DNA of 64,000 nt, from contig OZ242164.1 in the NCBI GenBank assembly GCA_965205335.1, positions 768,001-832,000 on the forward strand. The letters are read 5' to 3'. Below, in pieces: positions 39,038-48,974 of this stretch. The stretch comes from Candidatus Woesearchaeota archaeon (lineage in GTDB: Archaea > Nanobdellota > Nanobdellia > Woesearchaeales > UBA583). The position numbers were made by a program, and so were the translations under genes. Under the pieces are notes generated by a model, which ran no database searches, was not told the origin of the DNA, and saw only the letters and a list, made by a program, of their open reading frames with translations. Positions within the stretch are counted from its first letter, which is position 1. Each line of letters begins with the position of its first letter.

Positions 39038-39972
39038 AAACAAGGAAGCTGATAGCATATCTGATACTAGCCCATAATCAGGAGAATCATTTTTATGATT
39101 TGATTAAAAGATTAAATAATAAAGATGTTTGTTTTTTTGTTCATATAGATAGAAAGTCAAATCAGGAGTTATTTGAAGAAAAAATGAAAGATTTGGATAA
39201 TATCTCTTTTGTGAAAGAGAGAGAAAATGTAATTTGGAAAGGTTTTAGTCCAGTTCAGGCAACATTGAAAATGATAGAATTAGCCCTTAATTCTAAGTAT
39301 AGTTTTAAATATTTTATTTTGTTGAGCGGAGTTGATTATCCAATAAAACCAAATAAATCTGTTTTGGACTTTTTCAAAAATACAGATAAGAATTATATTG
39401 AGTTTTCTGAGATTAAAAGCTCAAATAATTATCTCTCTTATTTTAAGAATGAACAAAGATGGTTCAAGATTTCAAAATGGCATTTTTATGATACTTTTAA
39501 AATTAATTGGAATTCAAGAACAGGTTCTCTAAAACATCAGATTTATCGAGTGTATATTTTGTTTAATATTCTATTTCTAAATATTTTTCTGCCAAGAAAA
39601 AGTTTTCCAAAAAGTATAAATAAATATTATTTTGGAAGTTCTTGGTGGTGTTTAAATAGAAGTTCAATTGATTATATTTACAATTTCCTAAGGAGTAATA
39701 GAGCTAGTGATTTAATAAAATTATACAAATATTCTGATTCATCTGATGGAATGTTTTTTCAGACAGTTCTTCTGAACTCAAAATATGAGAAAGAATGTGT
39801 GAATAATAATTTAAGATTTATTGATTGGAATAAAAAAAGAGAAGGACCAGCAATTTTAGATAGAAGAGATTTTGAAAAAATTAAAAGGAGTAGCTGCCTC
39901 TTTGCAAGAAAATTTGATTTTGAAAAATCAAAGAATTTAAAAGAGAAGATAAATAATGAGATATTAAAATGA
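39034..39972 (+). CDS. GT14 core-2/I-branching beta-1,6-GlcNAc-transferase-like protein
   Basis: AYLILAH, VHID.KS, LLSGVDYP, GSSWWCL, FFQT, LRFIDW and FARKF motifs. Confidence 0.85.
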   Translation: MKTRKLIAYLILAHNQENHFYDLIKRLNNKDVCFFVHIDRKSNQELFEEKMKDLDNISFVKERENVIWKGFSPVQATLKMIELALNSKYSFKYFILLSGVDYPIKPNKSVLDFFKNTDKNYIEFSEIKSSNNYLSYFKNEQRWFKISKWHFYDTFKINWNSRTGSLKHQIYRVYILFNILFLNIFLPRKSFPKSINKYYFGSSWWCLNRSSIDYIYNFLRSNRASDLIKLYKYSDSSDGMFFQTVLLNSKYEKECVNNNLRFIDWNKKREGPAILDRRDFEKIKRSSCLFARKFDFEKSKNLKEKINNEILK

Positions 39973-40778
39973 AGAAACAAAATAAAGAACTAACTCTTGG
40001 GATTTTAATAACTACAACAAATGAGAATATTGAAAGAATTAAAAAGGAACTTTTATCCGAGTTAATTAAGAATAAAAGTATTGATGAGGTTGTAATTTCC
40101 CATCAGATTTTTGATAAAGTTACAAAACCCCAGAAATATCTGACAAAAGGAAAAGTTAAGTATTTTTATATGTATGATAAAGGTTTATCAAAAAATAGGA
40201 ATAATGCTTTAAAACATTCAAAAGCAGATATTTGTCATATTTGTGATGATGATTTGATTTATTTGAAGAATTTTGATAAGATTATAAAAGAAGAATATGA
40301 GAAAAATAGGGATTATGATGTTATAACCTTTCAGGCAGTAAATGAAGGAGGTATAAAACATTTTAAAGTAGAAGAGGGAATGCATAACAGGAAGTCTATA
40401 TTAGGCATTAGTAGTTGGGGAATTACATTTAGAAGAAAAGTAATACTAAAAAATAATTTAAAATTTGATGAAGAATTTGGGCTTGGGGCAAAGTATTGTG
40501 TTGGAGAAGAAAATATTTTTTTAAAAGATTGTTTGGATAAAAATTTAAATATTAAACATATGGATAAAGCAATTGTATTTCATAAAGATGAAAGTAGTGG
40601 TATTCAGTATAGAGATGAATTAATAAATTCAAGGATAAAAGTTTTTATTAGAATGTTTGGTTTCTTTGGAGGAGTTTTTGTTGTGTTTTATTTCACAATT
40701 TTCCATTATAAGTTTTATAAAGAAAAATATTCAATATTTAGATTTTTTTGGTTGAGTTTAAGAGGTTTAAAAAAATGA
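39969..40778 (+). CDS. GT2-like glycosyltransferase
   Basis: GLSKNRN.AL, CDDD and FDEEFGLGA..GEENIFL motifs. Confidence 0.82.
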   Translation: MKKQNKELTLGILITTTNENIERIKKELLSELIKNKSIDEVVISHQIFDKVTKPQKYLTKGKVKYFYMYDKGLSKNRNNALKHSKADICHICDDDLIYLKNFDKIIKEEYEKNRDYDVITFQAVNEGGIKHFKVEEGMHNRKSILGISSWGITFRRKVILKNNLKFDEEFGLGAKYCVGEENIFLKDCLDKNLNIKHMDKAIVFHKDESSGIQYRDELINSRIKVFIRMFGFFGGVFVVFYFTIFHYKFYKEKYSIFRFFWLSLRGLKK

Positions 40779-40849
40779 TTAATGGTAAAAAATTTATGTT
40801 ATTTTTCTTGGAACATAATGATTATTTAGGGAGAAGTTCTTTAAAATGA
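40775..40849 (+). pseudogene. 24-aa mini-ORF with ATGA overlaps at both ends (probable deletion scar)
   Basis: MINGKKFMLFFLEHNDYLGRSSLK*; its start overlaps the upstream stop and its stop overlaps the downstream start. Confidence 0.55.
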
Positions 40850-41826
40850 AAAAATTATTAAAATATATTAAGGACAAAAGAAACTCCAATAATTTTGTTT
40901 ATATAATTCTTTTCGGTTTATATGATTTGCATTTGGAACATATTTCATTTACTGAAATTACTAACCCTAAATATTATAACCCAGATACAAAGAAATATGA
41001 AAGTTTGAGAAAGGAATTTTCAAAAAAGAGAAAGTTAGGAATAAGTGGATTTATGCGAATTCATAATGAAGAAGAGACAATTGAGAATGTAATTTTATCA
41101 TGTATAGGTGGATTGGATGAGCTTATAATTTGTTTAAATAATTGTTTTGATAGGACGGAAGGAATTGTCAAACGACTAATTAAAAAATATCCTGATAAGA
41201 TAAAATTATATTATTATAATTATGACATCTTTCCAGCATGTAGTAAAAATCATCAGAGTTCAAAGTTTAATAATATTAGAAATCTTGCCAATTTCTATAA
41301 CTACACCCTACACAAATGCACATTTCAATATGCTGTTAAAATAGATGGTGATGACTTGATGACAAAGGATAAATTTGAAAATATTTGTAAATTGATCAAA
41401 AAAAACGGATTAAAAAAATATTTAGGATTTTTTGGTTTAAATCTATATAAATATGAGAATGAAATTTATTTTTTTGGGAATGAACTTATTGCTGGTGGAT
41501 ATGACAGAGGATTCTTTAAAATAAATAGATATACTTATTATTTGAAAGACAAATCTTGTGAGGTTTTTAAATTTTCAAAGTTATTTAGATTATTAGACTA
41601 TCCTTTATATTTTCATTTAAAACTTGTCAAAAAAGATAAGGGATTATTAAATCATAGTTTGAGTAAGAAAGAAATAGTCCTGTCAGATACTCTAAAAGAA
41701 AGATATTCTGATAGATTAAATAAAAGTTTTGAAGAGCTAAATTTATTAACTTTTAGAGAATTAGTTAAGAAGTATCCACAATTTAAAAGTTTGAAATTAC
41801 CGAAGGAATATAAGGTAGAAAAATGA
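40846..41826 (+). CDS. GT-A glycosyltransferase resembling CgtA-type beta-1,4-GalNAc transferases
   Basis: GISGFMRIHNEE, LNNCFDRT, LANFYNY.L and VKIDGDD motifs. Confidence 0.65.
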   Translation: MKKLLKYIKDKRNSNNFVYIILFGLYDLHLEHISFTEITNPKYYNPDTKKYESLRKEFSKKRKLGISGFMRIHNEEETIENVILSCIGGLDELIICLNNCFDRTEGIVKRLIKKYPDKIKLYYYNYDIFPACSKNHQSSKFNNIRNLANFYNYTLHKCTFQYAVKIDGDDLMTKDKFENICKLIKKNGLKKYLGFFGLNLYKYENEIYFFGNELIAGGYDRGFFKINRYTYYLKDKSCEVFKFSKLFRLLDYPLYFHLKLVKKDKGLLNHSLSKKEIVLSDTLKERYSDRLNKSFEELNLLTFRELVKKYPQFKSLKLPKEYKVEK

Positions 41827-42806
41827 AAATATTTAAAATTAAATTAATTAATATAAATGACAATTTAATTAAAAGTTTTAATTCTTTCTTAAATAAAGAA
41901 AAAATTAAATTTGTAGAATCTAATGAAAATTTTGACATCGTTATGTTCGGTAGTTTCCCTGATTTTAAAATCCTAAATAAGTATGAAGACAAAAAGAAGA
42001 TTTGCATTTCAGGAGAAAATTTAATTGTTAAGATAAATGTAGTTCATATAATTAATAAAATATTTAAAAATATATCTTCTTTAAGAGATTCTTTACTCTA
42101 TTTTTTTATAAAATTTGAGATAAAAAATTTTAACTTGCCTTTTTATATTTACAAGAAAAATATAGATTATATAAGGAAATCAAAAAACTCAATTGTAATA
42201 ACTGATAATTTAATAGAATGGAACTCCATAAATATCCCTTCAACTTTTATTTATGACTACTCTTCTTTATTAAGAATTGACAAGAAATTAAGAAGGAATA
42301 AAAAGAAGAAATTTTGTGCTTTTATTGTTTCAAATCCTTCAAATCTAGATAGATTAATCTTTTATAAAAAATTATTAAAATATAAAAAAATTGATAGTTA
42401 TGGAAATGTCTTTAACAATTGTAAAATATCTAATAAATTGGAAAGAAAGTACGGAAATGACTTTAATAAGATAAATCAGGAAATTTATAAAGATTACAAA
42501 TTTGTAATTTGTTTTGAGAATTCTTACGCACAAAATTATATAACTGAAAAGATTATTAATCCTATGATTTCTAATAGCATTCCAATTTACAGAGGAGCTT
42601 CAAATGTGAGGGATTACTTTAATACAAGTTCATTTATTAATTATGATAACTATAGTAGTTATGAAGAAATGATAAAAAAGATAGTTGAACTTGATAATGA
42701 TGATGAAAAATATGAGGAATTTTTAAAACAAAACTTTTTAAGAAAAAATTTCTTTGAAAAAATAAATAATGAGAGAAAGAAGTTAGTTGAGGCTTTATTA
42801 AAATGA
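41823..42806 (+). CDS. GT10 alpha-1,3/4-fucosyltransferase
   Basis: ISGEN, KKFCAFIVSN and the GT10 signature YKFVICFENS..NYITEKI...IPIYRG. Confidence 0.88.
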   Translation: MKIFKIKLININDNLIKSFNSFLNKEKIKFVESNENFDIVMFGSFPDFKILNKYEDKKKICISGENLIVKINVVHIINKIFKNISSLRDSLLYFFIKFEIKNFNLPFYIYKKNIDYIRKSKNSIVITDNLIEWNSINIPSTFIYDYSSLLRIDKKLRRNKKKKFCAFIVSNPSNLDRLIFYKKLLKYKKIDSYGNVFNNCKISNKLERKYGNDFNKINQEIYKDYKFVICFENSYAQNYITEKIINPMISNSIPIYRGASNVRDYFNTSSFINYDNYSSYEEMIKKIVELDNDDEKYEEFLKQNFLRKNFFEKINNERKKLVEALLK

Positions 42807-44005
42807 AAAGAATTTTATTTTTATGTTATTCAATGAAAATTGGAAAAGGAACGGAAATGGTTATGACAAAAATAGCAAATGAATTATCAAAGAATCATAG
42901 AACATATTTCTTAACCTTATATGACTTAAAACCATATATTAAATTTAATGGGAAATATGAGAGTTTAAATTCAAAATTTGAGATTTTAAATCCTATCCTG
43001 TATCCTTTGAAAATGTTACAATATTTTTACAGAGCTTACAAAATAAAAATATACTGTAAGAAAAATAATATAACACACATAATTTCATCTCTTGAAGAAT
43101 TAAATATACCAGCAATATTTAGCAAAATCATCTTCAACAATAAAATAAATATTTTTGTTTCAGTTCATGTGAATCCACAAGTTTATTTAAAATCTAAAAT
43201 TAAAAAAATGTTGATATTAAAAACATATAGGATTGCAGATAAAGTTATTTCAATTTCTAAATATCAAGAAGAAATATTAAAGAAGGATTTTAATTTAAAA
43301 AATACAGAAATGATTCATAATTTAATTGATTTAAGTGAAATAAAGGAAAAATTAAGAGAAGAAATCTCAAAAGAAGAAAGAGAAAAATACTTTCACAAAA
43401 AATTTACGTTTATAACCATTGCAAGACTGGTTGAAAGTAAGAATTTATTTGTTTTATTTAGGTGCTTTAGAAAAATAGTAGAAAGAGAGAAAGACACAAA
43501 TTTAATAGTTTTAGGGGAGGGAGAATTAAAAAAAGATTTAGAAGAATTTATTGAAAAATTAGGATTGAAAGACAATATATTTTTATTGGGGCAGAAAGAT
43601 AATATTTATTCTTACTTGAAGGAATGTGATTGTTTTGTTTTTCCAACTTTATCTGAAGCTTTTGGTATGGTATTACTTGAAAGTTTAGCATCAAACATTC
43701 CAATAATTTCAACTGATTGCATAAGCGGTCCAAGAGAAATTTTATGTCCAGAATTAGAAATTAGTGCGAGAATAAAATATCCTTATTATGGGAAGTATGG
43801 TATTTTAACACAACCATTCTTGGAAAATGAGGATACAAGAAAAACATTAAATGAAGAATCATTAACAAAAAAAGAAATTGAATTATCTAATATTATGCTT
43901 AACATTATTAATATCAAAAAATTACAAAAAAAATATTCAAAGGGATTAGAGAGAGCAAGAGAATTTGATATTAAAAATATAATTAAGAATTGGAAAAAGT
44001 TATAA
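42803..44005 (+). CDS. GT4 glycosyltransferase
   Basis: ARL..KN and EAFGMVLLESL...STDC.SGPREI motifs. Confidence 0.9.
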   Translation: MKRILFLCYSMKIGKGTEMVMTKIANELSKNHRTYFLTLYDLKPYIKFNGKYESLNSKFEILNPILYPLKMLQYFYRAYKIKIYCKKNNITHIISSLEELNIPAIFSKIIFNNKINIFVSVHVNPQVYLKSKIKKMLILKTYRIADKVISISKYQEEILKKDFNLKNTEMIHNLIDLSEIKEKLREEISKEEREKYFHKKFTFITIARLVESKNLFVLFRCFRKIVEREKDTNLIVLGEGELKKDLEEFIEKLGLKDNIFLLGQKDNIYSYLKECDCFVFPTLSEAFGMVLLESLASNIPIISTDCISGPREILCPELEISARIKYPYYGKYGILTQPFLENEDTRKTLNEESLTKKEIELSNIMLNIINIKKLQKKYSKGLERAREFDIKNIIKNWKKL

Positions 44006-44027
44006 ACTCATTAAAATTTTAATTTAT

Positions 44028-44756
44028 ATGATAAGAGTTTTAAGGAATTTTATTGCTAAGAATATGAAGTTTTTTCTAAGACTGATTCCTAAATCATTTA
44101 CAGATAATGACTTAATAAATGGTCTTAATGGTGTTAGGCATTACAGAAATATTAGTAAGATTATAGAATCTAACAAAGTGGATTTAGTTTTGGATATTGG
44201 TGCTAATTATGGCATATATTCACTAATTTTGAGAAACTTTGGATATAGTAAAGACATCATAGCATTTGAGCCTGTGAAGGAGAATTTTAGAATCTTGAAG
44301 GAAAATTTAAAAAATGAAAAGAACATAAAATTAGAAAATAAAGCAGTAGGTGACAAAAACCAAATAAAGCAAATTAATGTTCTTGGCTACAATAAAGGAG
44401 GCAGTTCATTTTTAGAACCGACAAATCATTATAAGGACAGATATACTGAAAATGTCAATGTTGTAAGATTAGATGATTATTTTGATGGAGGGGGAGGAAA
44501 AAATATATTCTTAAAGGCTGATGTTCAGGGTTATGAAGATTTGATATTGAAAGGAGCAAAACAATTATTAAAATCAGATAAAATTAAATTAATTCAATTA
44601 GAACTCTCAACTAAAGATTGTTTCTACAAAGGGCAATCTAATTTTTATGAAGTTCAAAAATTCTTAGAAAACTTCAATTTCAGGTTGGTTTATGTAAAGC
44701 CAAACCAGTTTGATAATGAAGGGATTTTGGAAGGTGATTTCTTTTTCTCAAAGTAA
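44028..44756 (+). CDS. FkbM-family methyltransferase
   Basis: DIGANYG, AFEP and LKADVQGYE motifs. Confidence 0.9.
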   Translation: MIRVLRNFIAKNMKFFLRLIPKSFTDNDLINGLNGVRHYRNISKIIESNKVDLVLDIGANYGIYSLILRNFGYSKDIIAFEPVKENFRILKENLKNEKNIKLENKAVGDKNQIKQINVLGYNKGGSSFLEPTNHYKDRYTENVNVVRLDDYFDGGGGKNIFLKADVQGYEDLILKGAKQLLKSDKIKLIQLELSTKDCFYKGQSNFYEVQKFLENFNFRLVYVKPNQFDNEGILEGDFFFSK

Positions 44757-44767
44757 AATTCATTAAA

Positions 44768-45743
44768 CTATTTGTCTTTATAAAAATTAATGTGGGGCCC
44801 ATAAGGATAGGAATTATTTTTTAGTTCATCAATGACTTGTTTGTAAGTTAAGTTCTTCCTAACAGTATATAACAAATCTTTTCCAACTTTCATTTTATAA
44901 AAGGGTAGAATAAATTTGAAGATTTTTTCTTCATAAAAAACTTAACCATAATGGCCCCTCATTACTCATAATTTTAATTTTAAAACCTATCTCTTCCATA
45001 ATTTTCATAAATTCAATGCATTTATCCAAATCTAAAATTTGATTATGAAATTCCAAACAAAACCACAAATTTTTAACTTTCTTTAAAAATCCTTTATTTC
45101 CCTTTATTAAATTATATTCAAATCCTTCAATATCTGTTCTTATAAGAACATTTTTCAAAGGGATGTTGTTTTCCTTAAATAATTTCTCTAATGTTTGAAT
45201 TTCAATTTTTTCAGTATCTGCACTTTCTGTAAATTTGCTTTTATACAATGAACTCCAATTACCTTGCTTTGGTATAAATATTTTTGAGAATCCATTTCTA
45301 TCTCCTGCTCCAACTTTTTTAATAGAAACTTTATCTTCCAAATTATTTCTTAACATATTAAGTTTCAAAACTTCAAAGATTCTACCAACAGGTTCAATTG
45401 CAAGGATATTTGCTTTGCAGTATTGATTTTCTAATAAAACAAAATCCCCAATATTTGCTCCTAAGTCTATGATGTTATCTATCTTATTGTTTTTTAAGAT
45501 TTCTTTCATAATCCCAGTATTTAATGGTTCTTTAACATTTATTGTTAATATTTCTTTGGTTATCCCAGTATCATCCACATCAATAAATATATTTGAATCT
45601 GTCTCTTTATATTTCACATCTAAAAGTTTTAACCCTTTCTTATGATGCAAAAATCTACCAATTTTATAATAAAAAAATTCATACAACTTAAAATATCCAT
45701 AAAATGGAAGGCAAAAAAATAATCCTATTGTTTTTTTGAGCAT
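44768..45743 (-). pseudogene. FkbM-family methyltransferase with a probable frameshift in a T6 run near 44935-44940
   Basis: DLGANIG, IEP and DIEGFE motifs. The ORF stops at 44931, but removing one T continues it for about 55 codons to a TAG at 44768. Confidence 0.7.
45504..45669. repeat. 166-bp imperfect direct repeat, copy 1 (inside the FkbM gene)
   Basis: Colinear with 48516-48681 with few mismatches. Confidence 0.92.
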
Positions 45744-45827
45744 AAAAATATAAAATAATCCTTAAAAAATTAAGAATTACATTTGATAATGTTTTAAATC
45801 AAACAAATAGAAGTTTTGAAGTAAAAT

Positions 45828-46946
45828 TCAATTCTTCATCTTATCATTTAGGAAGTCTAACAACTTCTCATTTGAATTTATAAAATCATAAAAATATAAT
45901 TCTCTTATTTTACTATTAGTAATTCTACATTCTTTTGGATAATTATTAAGAATTTTCTTGAATTTCAGATTATACTTTTCAAATATTAAATTCTTATCAA
46001 ACACTTCTAGATTTTTGTATAATAAACCAACATTCTTCATATACAAATTTAAATCTGGCATAAACATTATAACTTCTTTATTTAAATAAATAGAATTAAA
46101 GAATAATGAACTATAATCATTTACACTTACATCTATGAATGGGAGATATTTTTCTGATGAGATTTTTCCAAACTTAAAATTTTTCATCTGTAATTTGATT
46201 TGACTCTCTCTAAATTTATCTTTATCTCTTGGATGAAGATTAATTATAAAGAACATATTTTCATTGTCTCTTATAATTTCCATAAATTTTTCTAAGATTA
46301 ATTCTATTTTTTCTCCTGTTTGTCTTCCTTCCCATTTATCTCTATATGTTGGAGAGAATAAAACTATCTTTCTATACTTCTTTCTGTATTGCTTTATCTT
46401 TGATATCTCTTTTTTATCCTCTGATTTCAAAAATAATTCTATATTATCATAAAAATATAGTAAAGGTTCTCCAAATTCCAAAATTTGATTAGGATGTAAA
46501 TCAAACGCATATGAATAAATTGAGGAAGTTAGGAATGAATTTGTGACGAAAAAATCAATTTCTCTCCTATAATTCAACACTTTATTTTTTTGGTCTAATA
46601 AAGTAATCTTTTTTAGAGGTATGCCATGATGTAGTGCAATAACTTTCTGTCTCTTAACTTTTACGACGTTGCTTCCGTGAGTAGTCAGGACATATTTTGC
46701 CCTAAAAAAACTCCAGATTCCCTTAATACTTAAAATCTTAATGGTTTCTTTATCCTCCTCTTCTGAAATAAATTTGAAATAAAATCTAACATTTTTTTTA
46801 TTCTTTTTAAGATATTCGTGAAAAATGTAGCAGTTTCCACTATATCTCCACGGAGAATATAATATAACGAGTTTGTTGCACTTCGGAATAAAGAAATTAA
46901 TAAATCTTAAGATTCTTTGTAGGAACAGATTCTTTCTTAGAGTCAT
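45828..46946 (-). CDS. CDP-glycerol/polyol-phosphate transferase (TagB/TagF-like)
   Basis: YSGN, HHGIPLKKI, FSPTYRD, LHP and DYSSLFF motifs. Confidence 0.85.
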   Translation of the reverse strand: MTLRKNLFLQRILRFINFFIPKCNKLVILYSPWRYSGNCYIFHEYLKKNKKNVRFYFKFISEEEDKETIKILSIKGIWSFFRAKYVLTTHGSNVVKVKRQKVIALHHGIPLKKITLLDQKNKVLNYRREIDFFVTNSFLTSSIYSYAFDLHPNQILEFGEPLLYFYDNIELFLKSEDKKEISKIKQYRKKYRKIVLFSPTYRDKWEGRQTGEKIELILEKFMEIIRDNENMFFIINLHPRDKDKFRESQIKLQMKNFKFGKISSEKYLPFIDVSVNDYSSLFFNSIYLNKEVIMFMPDLNLYMKNVGLLYKNLEVFDKNLIFEKYNLKFKKILNNYPKECRITNSKIRELYFYDFINSNEKLLDFLNDKMKN

Positions 46947-46967
46947 ATATAAATAAAATTAATAAGT

Positions 46968-46975
46968 TTTATAAA
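46968..46975. promoter_or_regulatory. Exactly centred bidirectional TATA box
   Basis: TTTATAAA with 21 nt to each divergent start codon (46946 and 46997). Confidence 0.7.
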
Positions 46976-46996
46976 TATTCTCTTTTTTCCTTAATT

Positions 46997-48496
46997 ATGA
47001 AAGCAATAATCTTATCTGCAGGAGTTGGTTCTAGACTAAGACCCATGACAAATAATAAACCAAAGACATTAGTTGAAGTTAATAATAAACCTATGTTAGG
47101 TTATATCTTAGACTCTTTGATTGAATCTGAAATTGAAGATATTATTTTGATTGTTGGTTTTGAAAAAGAGAAGATAATGAAATTCTGTAAAGAAAAATAT
47201 CCAACTCAGAATATCAAGTTCATTGAAAATGAAATTTATGAGGATTCAAACAATTCATATAGTTTATATCTTGCAAAAAAAGAGTTAAACGAAGATTTCA
47301 TATTAATGAATGCAGACTTAGTTATTGAGCCATCAATTATAAAAAAGTTAATAACAAAAAAAGGTAGTTCCATAGCAGTTGATGTCGGAATATATAATGA
47401 AGAATCTATGAAAGTTATAGTCAGAGAAGGGTTAATTGAAAGGATTTCAAAAAAAATAAGTCTAGGAGATTCCCATGGTTGTAGCATAGATATTTATAAG
47501 TTTATGAAAAAAGACTGCATTAAAATAGTGAATGAACTGAAAAGAGTTATTGAAATTGAGAAGGATTTAAATCAATGGAGTGAAGTTATATTAGATAGAT
47601 TATTTTCAAGAAGAGAATTGAAAACAGAGGTTTGTGATATTTCTGGTTTTAAATGGTTTGAAATTGATAATTATGAGGATTTGTCACAAGCAGAATTACT
47701 ATTTAATATTCATTTACCTAATTTAAAAAATAAGAATATATTTTTTGTAGATAATGATGGAACTTTAACTAAAGATAGTGAGATGTTAGGAGGCTCTAAA
47801 CAGTTTATAGAAAAGATAAAAAGTAAAAATAAATTTTTTCATTTATGTACAAATAATTCTTCTAAATCTCCTTTTGATTACATGAAATATTTTAGCAATA
47901 AGAAAGTAAAACTTAAGGAAAGTGAAATTTTAGTTTCAATAAATCCATGTATTGATTTTTTTAAAAAGAGCAATTTTAAGAAAATATTCTGGGTTGCGAA
48001 TTCTAAAATTACAAAATACTTGAAGAAAGAGGATTTCATTTTTACTAAAAAAAATCCTCAAGCAATACTTTTAACTTATGATAACGAGATAAATTATGAG
48101 AAAATTAAAGATACAATTGACTTAATAAGAGAAGGAGTTCCTTATTATGCAACACATATAGATATGTTTTACCCTTCAAAAAGAGGGTTAATCCCTGACA
48201 TTGGATGTTTTATGGATATGATTTTTAAGTGTACAAAACAGAACCCAGTAAAAACTTTTGGAAAACCATCAATAGATTTTATAGAAGAAGCAATAAATAA
48301 AAATAATTCAAATTATGAAGATTGTGTAATAATTGGAGATAGACTTTATACAGATATGAAAATGGGAAGCGATAAAGGTATTATTAGGATTTTAGTTTTG
48401 TCTGGAGAAACAACAAGAGGAGAATATGAATTACAAGACAAAACAAAAGTTGATATAATTGTTAATAGTATAAAGGACTTAATTAAATATATATAG
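46997..48496 (+). CDS. Fusion of an NTP transferase (LicC/IPCT-like cytidylyltransferase) and a HAD-IIA (NagD-like) phosphatase
   Basis: N-terminal LSAGVGSRL...KPK.L and WFEIDN..DL; C-terminal DNDGTL, TNNSSK, GKP and IGDRLYTD. Confidence 0.88.
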   Translation: MKAIILSAGVGSRLRPMTNNKPKTLVEVNNKPMLGYILDSLIESEIEDIILIVGFEKEKIMKFCKEKYPTQNIKFIENEIYEDSNNSYSLYLAKKELNEDFILMNADLVIEPSIIKKLITKKGSSIAVDVGIYNEESMKVIVREGLIERISKKISLGDSHGCSIDIYKFMKKDCIKIVNELKRVIEIEKDLNQWSEVILDRLFSRRELKTEVCDISGFKWFEIDNYEDLSQAELLFNIHLPNLKNKNIFFVDNDGTLTKDSEMLGGSKQFIEKIKSKNKFFHLCTNNSSKSPFDYMKYFSNKKVKLKESEILVSINPCIDFFKKSNFKKIFWVANSKITKYLKKEDFIFTKKNPQAILLTYDNEINYEKIKDTIDLIREGVPYYATHIDMFYPSKRGLIPDIGCFMDMIFKCTKQNPVKTFGKPSIDFIEEAINKNNSNYEDCVIIGDRLYTDMKMGSDKGIIRILVLSGETTRGEYELQDKTKVDIIVNSIKDLIKYI

Positions 48497-48500
48497 TTTT

Positions 48501-48974
48501 TTATATGACACACCTTTTCATAATCCTAATATTTAATGGTTCTTTAACATTTATTGTTAATATCTCTTTAGTTATCCCTGTATCAGTCACATCAATAAAT
48601 ATATTTGAATTTGTCTCTTTATATTTAACATCTAAAAGTTTTAACCCTTTCTTATGATGCAAAAATCTACCAATTTTATAAATATCAAATGTCTCTTGTT
48701 CATTAATAAACATAAAAGCATTACCAACATCTGGAAAGTATAGTTTAGTTTTATCAACTTTTAAAATAATTTCTTCTGTTTTTCTTCTAAAAAATTTGAG
48801 TTTAATATACTCTAATTTTCTTTTGCATTTATAAAATGTTAAAATTCTGAAATAAATATTTTTAGGAAGCAATTTTAAAATACCAAAATAGATTTTAATA
48901 ATGATATTTATGAAAAAAACCTCCTTGTTTTTCCTAATGAATCTGACTGTCTTAACTCTCAGTTTCCTAATCAT
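48501..48974 (-). pseudogene. Chimeric truncated methyltransferase-like ORF
   Basis: A unique N-terminus is joined to a copy of YKIGRFLHHKKG...INVKEPLN from the upstream FkbM gene; no SAM motif. Confidence 0.7.
48516..48681. repeat. 166-bp imperfect direct repeat, copy 2
   Basis: Colinear with 45504-45669. Confidence 0.92.

Noticed and set aside
45504-48681. Diversity-generating retroelement TR/VR pair
   Set aside because: No reverse transcriptase is present, the mismatches are not confined to adenines, and the repeat is near the 5' part of an enzyme gene.
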